DNA of 26,005 bases, from the IMG/VR virus record IMGVR_UViG_3300000358_000075; one strand, given 5' to 3'. Of the stretch, positions 17,117-26,005 are shown one piece after another. The number at the start of each line of letters is the position of its first letter. Position 1 is the stretch's first letter. Both the position numbers and the translations under genes were made by a program. Origin of the DNA: a virus. Its lineage: Duplodnaviria; Heunggongvirae; Uroviricota; Caudoviricetes. Below the pieces are notes generated by a model, which made no database searches, had not been told where the DNA came from, and worked only from the letters and a program-made list of their open reading frames with translations.

Positions 17117-17332
17117 ATGTCAAATAAAATGACTGGTTTAGTAAAATGGTTTAACGCTGATAAAGGTTTTGGCTTTATTTCTCCTGTTGATGGTAGTAAA
17201 GATGTGTTTGTGCATTTTTCTGCGATTCAGAATGATAATTATCGAACCTTATTTGAAGGTCAAAAGGTTACCTTCTCTGTAGAGAGTGGTGCTAAAGGTC
17301 CTGCAGCAGCAAATGTCATAATTACTGATTAA
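17117..17332 (+). CDS. cspB: Cold-shock protein, CspB-like
   Basis: 71 aa [53 protein letters not shown]…, with RNP1/RNP2 motifs; long leader typical of csp genes. Confidence 0.85.
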   Translation: MSNKMTGLVKWFNADKGFGFISPVDGSKDVFVHFSAIQNDNYRTLFEGQKVTFSVESGAKGPAAANVIITD

Positions 17333-17613
17333 AATTCATAGTTTGTCTGTATACGATAACGAAGAAGGCTGATGCCTGAGTGGAGATACAGACAGAGTGG
17401 TGAATATTGGATCTCTTTAATAAATAGTAAGGAGGTCCAATACATGAAACAATGGCCAGCATATTTGGCAATAACTTAATCAGGAAAAGTATGCTAACCA
17501 TTGTGGTGAAGTGCAGGTTTGCTGCATGAATAGTTTTACAGCAGAAGCTAACTGCTGGCATAGCAAAACAAAGTGCGTAAGTGGATGACTCCCACAAAAA
17601 GTACCACAATATT

Positions 17614-17637
17614 AAACCCGCTCAGGCGGGTTTTTTA
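17614..17637. terminator. Bidirectional-looking intrinsic terminator
   Basis: AAACCCGC-TCAG-GCGGGTTTTTT hairpin flanked by an A-tract upstream and a T-tract downstream. Confidence 0.5.
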
Positions 17638-17695
17638 TTATCTGCTTTAAATATGTTATTAAAATATAAAAAATACTTGTTACGAATAAAATCAA

Positions 17696-17866
17696 TCAAG
17701 CTACAGCTTTAAGATTTGTCTGGAATACTTTGTTGCAATGAGGGCAGATCAAAAGGGCACCTTTTTGTATTCTTGAAAAACTGTGTTCTGACTCTTGGGT
17801 GCAGTTTGGGCAGGAACATTTAACGAGATAATTACGGCGTGATTTTGAGTCTTTACGTTCTGACAT
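17696..17866 (-). CDS. Small zinc-ribbon protein (two CxxC pairs; YnfU-like)
   Basis: 56 aa from ATG 17866 with AGGAAAA SD: MSERKDSKSRRNYLVKCSCPNCTQ…LICPHCNK…. Confidence 0.5.
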   Translation of the reverse strand: MSERKDSKSRRNYLVKCSCPNCTQESEHSFSRIQKGALLICPHCNKVFQTNLKAVA

Positions 17867-18084
17867 AGGCTTTTCCTGTATAAATGGCCGTATACAGTAC
17901 ACTAAATATGAAAACATATCTCGTATTATTATTTAATATATGATTTTCTTTTAAAATAATTACCCACATTTTTAATGTGTCTGTTTTTTAGCGCCGTTGA
18001 GAACAACGTTTGCTATAAAAACTACCCCATAGACTCCGATCTTTTCAAACATATTGCACCATCTGTGTACATCGGGGTGAGGAT

Positions 18085-18300
18085 ATGAAATCAATGGATA
18101 AGTTAACAACAGGTATCGCCTATGGCACATCGGCTGGTAATGCTGGTTTCTGGGCATTGCAGTTACTCGATAAAGTAACTCCGTCACAGTGGGCTGCAAT
18201 CGGTGTGCTGGGTAGTCTGGTATTTGGCTTGCTGACGTACCTGACAAACCTTTATTTCAAGATTAAAGAAGACAAGCGTAAGGTTGCACGGGGAGAGTAA
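18085..18300 (+). CDS. Class II holin / pinholin (phage 21 S-like) with dual start motif
   Basis: 71 aa; MKSMDK dual-start N-terminus and two TM segments (…[18 protein letters not shown]…[23 protein letters not shown]…); GGGGTGAGGA SD. Confidence 0.8.
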   Translation: MKSMDKLTTGIAYGTSAGNAGFWALQLLDKVTPSQWAAIGVLGSLVFGLLTYLTNLYFKIKEDKRKVARGE

Positions 18301-18304
18301 TTCA

Positions 18305-18649
18305 ATGACACAAAACTATGAACTGATTGTGAAAGGGATCCGCAATTTTGAGAATAAAGTTGCGGTAACTGTAGCATTAAGGGACAAAAAACGCTTTGAC
18401 GGTGAAATTTTTGACCTGGACATCTCGCTGGACCGTGTTGAAGGTGCCGCGCTGGAGTTTTATGAGGCAGCAGCCAGAAGGAGCATCAGACAGGTCTTCC
18501 TGGAAGTTGCAGCCGGGTTATGTGAAGGGGATGAGCAGTCGCCGGAAAAGCGCCCCGTAATTTTAGAGGCGCAGAATGTGTGGATAACCTACAAAGGAAA
18601 GCTACCAGGAAGAATTACTGATTCTCTGAAGACTCCACCGAAATGGTAA
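18305..18649 (+). CDS. Hypothetical protein between holin and endolysin (YdfR-like position)
   Basis: 114 aa from ATG 18305 with GGGGAGAG SD directly after the holin stop. Confidence 0.5.
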   Translation: MTQNYELIVKGIRNFENKVAVTVALRDKKRFDGEIFDLDISLDRVEGAALEFYEAAARRSIRQVFLEVAAGLCEGDEQSPEKRPVILEAQNVWITYKGKLPGRITDSLKTPPKW

Positions 18650-18887
18650 TTTTACCAGCATATTTTTCTTCCAGTAATGCCGCCAGCCACTTGAAAGAAT
18701 TTTGTTGTTCCTGGGACCATTTGGGGTTGCGTGATTCAAGCAGGAGCGATGCCAGTGTTGGTTGCATTTGTTCTCTGGGAATTGATAAGGCCAAATATGA
18801 AAATGCAACAGTGAGGGCATTTACATCATCCCGAAGCTTTGAAATGCAGTCGAGCAACTCCTGTAGAGAAATGGTGTTATTGTCCAT
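18615..18887 (-). CDS. Hypothetical small protein encoded antisense within the lysis cassette
   Basis: 90 aa with strong AAGAGGA SD; 3' end overlaps the 3' end of the 18305..18649 gene by about 35 nt. Confidence 0.45.
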   Translation of the reverse strand: MDNNTISLQELLDCISKLRDDVNALTVAFSYLALSIPREQMQPTLASLLLESRNPKWSQEQQNSFKWLAALLEEKYAGKITISVESSENQ

Positions 18888-18992
18888 AAATAATCCTCTT
18901 GATTGTCTTTACCTTTTCCCCGCCTGATTCAACAGGCCGGGACAGATAAACATATCCAGGGTTCAGAAACCGATAAATCCTGATAAATATCC

Positions 18993-20014
<1,022 letters not shown>

Positions 20015-20382
20015 ATGTAGATTAACATTAAATCGGATTATTTTTAGCGCTGAATGTGAAATTTAAATAAAAAGGACTCTTCCATGAGTCAAAATCCTTG
20101 AAATCTTAAGGGTAAGATAAAAGGTCATTAGACAGAATGATACGTTTTATTAATAAATAAAGCTATTGTTTCATTCGTGTGTTTTTCTTTACAAAAGTAA
20201 TCCTTGCTATGGTTGGTTAATCATGCGTTAATGGTGTTCTGGTTTGTTACAAAATTATCTGAAGCAGTCATTGTTATAATTTTATTATTTGTACCTCTTG
20301 AGATTTCCTTGTTGGTTTTTCTCTCTGATATTTTTTTCGGACCATTCTGCCCAAGGGCTAACTTCTTCAAAAGGTAATAATG

Positions 20383-20595
20383 ATGTCTAACAAAATGACT
20401 GGTTTAGTGAAATGGTTTAACCCTGAAAAAGGTTTTGGTTTCATCACGCCGAAAGATGGTAGCAAAGATGTGTTTGTCCATTTCTCAGCTATTCAGAGCA
20501 ACGATTTCAAAACGTTAACTGAGAATCAGCAAGTCGAATTTGGTATTGAGAACGGACCTAAAGGCCCCGCGGCTGTTCATGTAGTGGCACTTTGA
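20383..20595 (+). CDS. cspI: Cold-shock protein, CspI-like
   Basis: 70 aa [76 protein letters not shown]. Confidence 0.85.
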   Translation: MSNKMTGLVKWFNPEKGFGFITPKDGSKDVFVHFSAIQSNDFKTLTENQQVEFGIENGPKGPAAVHVVAL

Positions 20596-20800
20596 GGTAG
20601 AAAATATTACAAACCATATTCACTTTAGATGCCCGTGTTGCCATGGTTCTCAGTATAGAACATCATCTTTTGATGTTTCTGACAGGAATCCTTTCGGGGC
20701 AAAATGTATCTTTTGTAAATCAATGATGATTACATTTGATAATATTTCACAATACTTAAATGTTAGCCGTCTGTCGTTAGATTTAAGAAAGTGAAAATGA

Positions 20801-20822
20801 AGGCTCCTTCGGGAGCTTTTTT
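20801..20822 (+). terminator. Intrinsic terminator downstream of the cspI-like gene
   Basis: GGCTCC-TTCG-GGAGC hairpin followed by TTTTTT. Confidence 0.55.
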
Positions 20823-20866
20823 GCTTAGTGTCTAGTCGATGGATACTCACATATTATGGTAACATC

Positions 20867-21097
20867 ATGAAAAAAATAATAGTTTTTTTTAACTCTGAAC
20901 CAGCAATGGTAGTGCCAGTGATGACCGGAGTTAACACCATCATGCGTGAATATCCAAATGGCGAAACAACACATCTCACTGTAATGGCTGCAGGGTTTCC
21001 ATCTCTGACCGGAGATCATAAAGTCATTTATGTAGCAGCGGATCGACATGTAACTTCAGAAGAAATTCTGGAAGCAGCAATGAGACTCTTGAATTGA
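20867..21097 (+). CDS. Hypothetical small protein; start ambiguous (alternative GTG at 20828)
   Basis: 76-89 aa ORF between the cspI-like and gnsB-like genes; weak SD. Confidence 0.35.
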   Translation: MKKIIVFFNSEPAMVVPVMTGVNTIMREYPNGETTHLTVMAAGFPSLTGDHKVIYVAADRHVTSEEILEAAMRLLN

Positions 21098-21269
21098 TTT
21101 CATTCTAATGCCTTGATAATAAAGGATAATCATCTTTATCTGTTTGTGCGAAATTTAGACTGTCGTATGTTGATTATTGCGATGTTTCATCTTATCTTTT
21201 ATACGTTTGCTCCATATAATTGACACTACTGTGTACCAGGAAAGTCATAACAGACTAAAAGAGGAAATG

Positions 21270-21443
21270 ATGAACATTGAAGAGTTAAAAACAAAAACAG
21301 AAGCAGATATTTCTGAATATATAACAAAAAAAATTATTGAGCTTAAGAAAAAGACCGGGAAAGAAGTTACCAGTATCCAGTTTACTGCACGGGAAAAAAT
21401 GACTGGTCTTGAAAGCTATGATATCAAGATTGATTTAATCTAG
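21270..21443 (+). CDS. gnsB: GnsA/GnsB-family protein
   Basis: 57 aa MNIEELKTKTEADISEYITKKIIELKKKTGKEVTSIQFTAREKMTGLESYDIKIDLI, close to GnsB as recalled; GAGGA SD. Confidence 0.7.
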   Translation: MNIEELKTKTEADISEYITKKIIELKKKTGKEVTSIQFTAREKMTGLESYDIKIDLI

Positions 21444-21738
21444 TGTGTTTATAGTATTAGCATCAATTTCTTATCAGATGCTATTCAACAATACAATTTA
21501 CCCATAAACCTCGTTTTTACGGGGTTTTGTTATATTTAAACATTACCGAATAGATATAAATCTCGATAGTCGGTGGTATTGGTTGTGTGACAATACCTAG
21601 TCTTTCCGGTATGCCTGGAGAGAATACAAACGACAGATTATGTAAGGGAAACGCGCTGAAACTTTCACACTTTCATGCTGAGTGATTTGACGTTATATTT
21701 TTAGCCGCAAGTGAAGAACAAACGCATGGAGCGACAAA

Positions 21739-21945
21739 ATGCATAAAGATCAATACACTGATGACTCATCCTTGGATCAGGTCCGTGTAAAAACTATGCT
21801 CACTAGCACCATTTCTATGAGTTATCCGGATGTTGTAATTGCATGTATAGAACATCAAGTGTCTCTGGAAGCATTCAGGGCAATTGAGGCAGCGTTGGTG
21901 AAGCACGATAAGAATTCGAAGGATTATTCCCTGGTGGTTGACTGA
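21739..21945 (+). CDS. Hypothetical small protein in the lambda-like right-end region
   Basis: 68 aa; GGAG SD 8 nt upstream. Confidence 0.45.
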   Translation: MHKDQYTDDSSLDQVRVKTMLTSTISMSYPDVVIACIEHQVSLEAFRAIEAALVKHDKNSKDYSLVVD

Positions 21946-22198
21946 TCGCCATAACTGCTAACCATTCAAACTATTTCACCTGTGACAGAGTCAATATCGC
22001 ATTCTGTCACTGTCAGGCTAATACAGAACTACAATTCAACTACTGCAATGCCTCGTAATTAGGTGAAGTTACAATATCGTCCTGTTCGGATGCCAACTGC
22101 ATTTCTGAAGATAAGGCGTTTATGACTCACATATTTGTCCCACACGTTCGCCAGTCCTGTGCGGGGTGGGAGGGGAGGTAAAGAAACCGGGATATTCA

Positions 22199-22390
22199 TT
22201 ATTCATCACTTTTGATTGATGTAGATGCTCTCTTTTCTGACGTTAGTCTCCGACGGCAGGCTTCAATGACCCAGGCTGAGAAATTCCCGGACCCTTTTTG
22301 ATCAAGAGCGATGTTAATTTGTTCAATCATTTGGTTAGGAAAGCGGATGTTGCGGGTTGTTGTTCTGCGGGTTCTGTTCTTCGTTGACAT
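22199..22390 (-). CDS. Small basic protein (DUF3950/YlcI-like), just left of cos
   Basis: Internal ATG at 22390 gives 63 aa (MSTKNRTRRTTTRNIRFPNQMIEQINIALDQKGSGNFSAWVIEACRRRL…); weak SD. Confidence 0.4.
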   Translation of the reverse strand: MSTKNRTRRTTTRNIRFPNQMIEQINIALDQKGSGNFSAWVIEACRRRLTSEKRASTSIKSDE

Positions 22391-22579
22391 GAGGTTGTCC
22401 CGTATTCTGTGTCGCTGATTTGTATTGTCTGAAGTTGTTTTTACGTTAAGTTGATGCGGATCAATTAATACGATACCTGCGTCATAATTGATTATTTGAC
22501 GTGGTTTGATGGCGTACACGCACGTTGTGATATGTAGATGATAATTATTATCATTTTGTGGGTCCTTTCCGGCGATCCG

Positions 22580-22591
22580 ACAGGTTACGGG
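22580..22591. other. cosN cohesive-end site, lambda type
   Basis: …CCGACAGGTTACG|GGGCGGCGACCT|CGCGGGTTTTCGCTATTTATGAAAATTTTCCGG… matches the joined lambda right and left ends as recalled; Nu1 starts about 200 bp downstream. Confidence 0.8.
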
Positions 22592-22778
22592 GCGGCGACC
22601 TCGCGGGTTTTCGCTATTTATGAAAATTTTCCGGTTTAAGGCGTTTCCGTTCTTCTTCGCCGTAACTTAATGTTTTTATTTAAAACACCCCCTGAAAAGA
22701 AAGGAAACGACAGGTGCTGAAAACGGGCTTTTTGGCCTCTGTCGTTTCCTTTCTCTGTTTTTGTCCGGGGAATGAACA
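22592..22778. promoter_or_regulatory. cosB region (terminase small-subunit and IHF binding elements) between cosN and Nu1
   Basis: Position relative to cosN and Nu1; sequence near-identical to lambda as recalled. Confidence 0.6.
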
Positions 22779-23298
22779 ATGGAAGTCAACAAAAAGCAGC
22801 TGGCTGATATTTTCGGTGCGAGTATCCGTACCATTCAGAACTGGCAGGAGCAGGGAATGCCCGTTCTGCGAGGCGGTGGCAAGGGTAATGAGGTGCTTTA
22901 TGACTCTGCCGCCGTCATAAAATGGTATGCCGAAAGGGATGCTGAAATTGAGAGCGAAAAGCTGCGCCGGGAGGTTGAAGAACTGCGGCTGGCCAGCGAG
23001 GCAGATCTTCACCCCGGAACACTTGAATTTGAGCGCCATCGCCTGACTCGTGCTCAGGCGACGGCGCAGGAACTGAAAAATGCCAAAGAATCGGCTGAAG
23101 TGGTGGAAACCGCATTCTGTACTTTCGTGCTGTCGCGTATAGCAAGGGAAATATCCAGTATTCTCGACGGTATTCCTCTGTCGGTGCAGCGACGTTTTCC
23201 TGAGCTGGATAACCGGCATATTGATTTCCTGAAACGGGATATCATCAAAGCCATGAACAAAGCAGCCGCGCTGGATGAACTGATACCGGGGTTGCTGA

Positions 23299-23324
<26 letters not shown>
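22779..23324 (+). CDS. nu1: Terminase small subunit (lambda Nu1)
   Basis: 181 aa MEVNKKQLADIFGASIRTIQNWQEQGMPVLRGGGKGNEVLYDSAAVIKWYAERDAEIE…, near-identical to lambda gpNu1 as recalled. Confidence 0.95.

Positions 23325-26005
<2,681 letters not shown>

Noticed and set aside
17972-18247. 91-aa minus-strand ORF overlapping the holin gene
   Set aside because: Antisense to a well-supported holin with a strong SD and the dual-start motif; likely a shadow ORF.

Overview
This window is the left ~26 kb of a lambdoid prophage inserted into the 5' end of the host prfC (RF3) gene; the prophage runs past the window end. Gene order from the junction: a displaced prfC 5' fragment and attL junction (~155), a tyrosine integrase, an AT-rich orphan gene, an AlpA/Xis-like gene, a leftward early operon resembling yfdPQRST of E. 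coli K-12 CPS-53 (HD phosphohydrolase, DUF2303, DUF551), a CI-like S24 repressor, Cro-like and CII/YdaT-like regulators, a Rha-domain ORF, an O-like replication initiator with internal iterons, a PerC-like ORF, a Dam-type N6-adenine methyltransferase, a LexA DNA-binding-domain-only protein, RusA, a KilA-N gene behind a LexA box, a DUF968 protein, and an antiterminator Q homologue interrupted by an in-frame TAG. After a PR'/tR'-like unit come three cold-shock paralogs (cspF/H-like, cspB-like, cspI-like) flanking a phage-21-type lysis cassette (dual-start pinholin, SAR endolysin, Rz with nested Rz1), a GnsA/B-family gene, a lambda-type cos site, and packaging/head genes recalled as near-identical to lambda Nu1, A, W and B (B partial). 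Four runs of N interrupt the sequence; the two inside terminase A are flanked by near-identical duplicated blocks, which points to scaffolding artefacts rather than biology. No N-like antiterminator or P/DnaC-like helicase loader was recognised. The strongest leads for something new are the AT-rich orphan gene between int and xis, the LexA-mimic plus SOS-box KilA-N module, and the convergent gene pair inside the lysis cassette. All family assignments are from reading the translations by eye; no searches were run.
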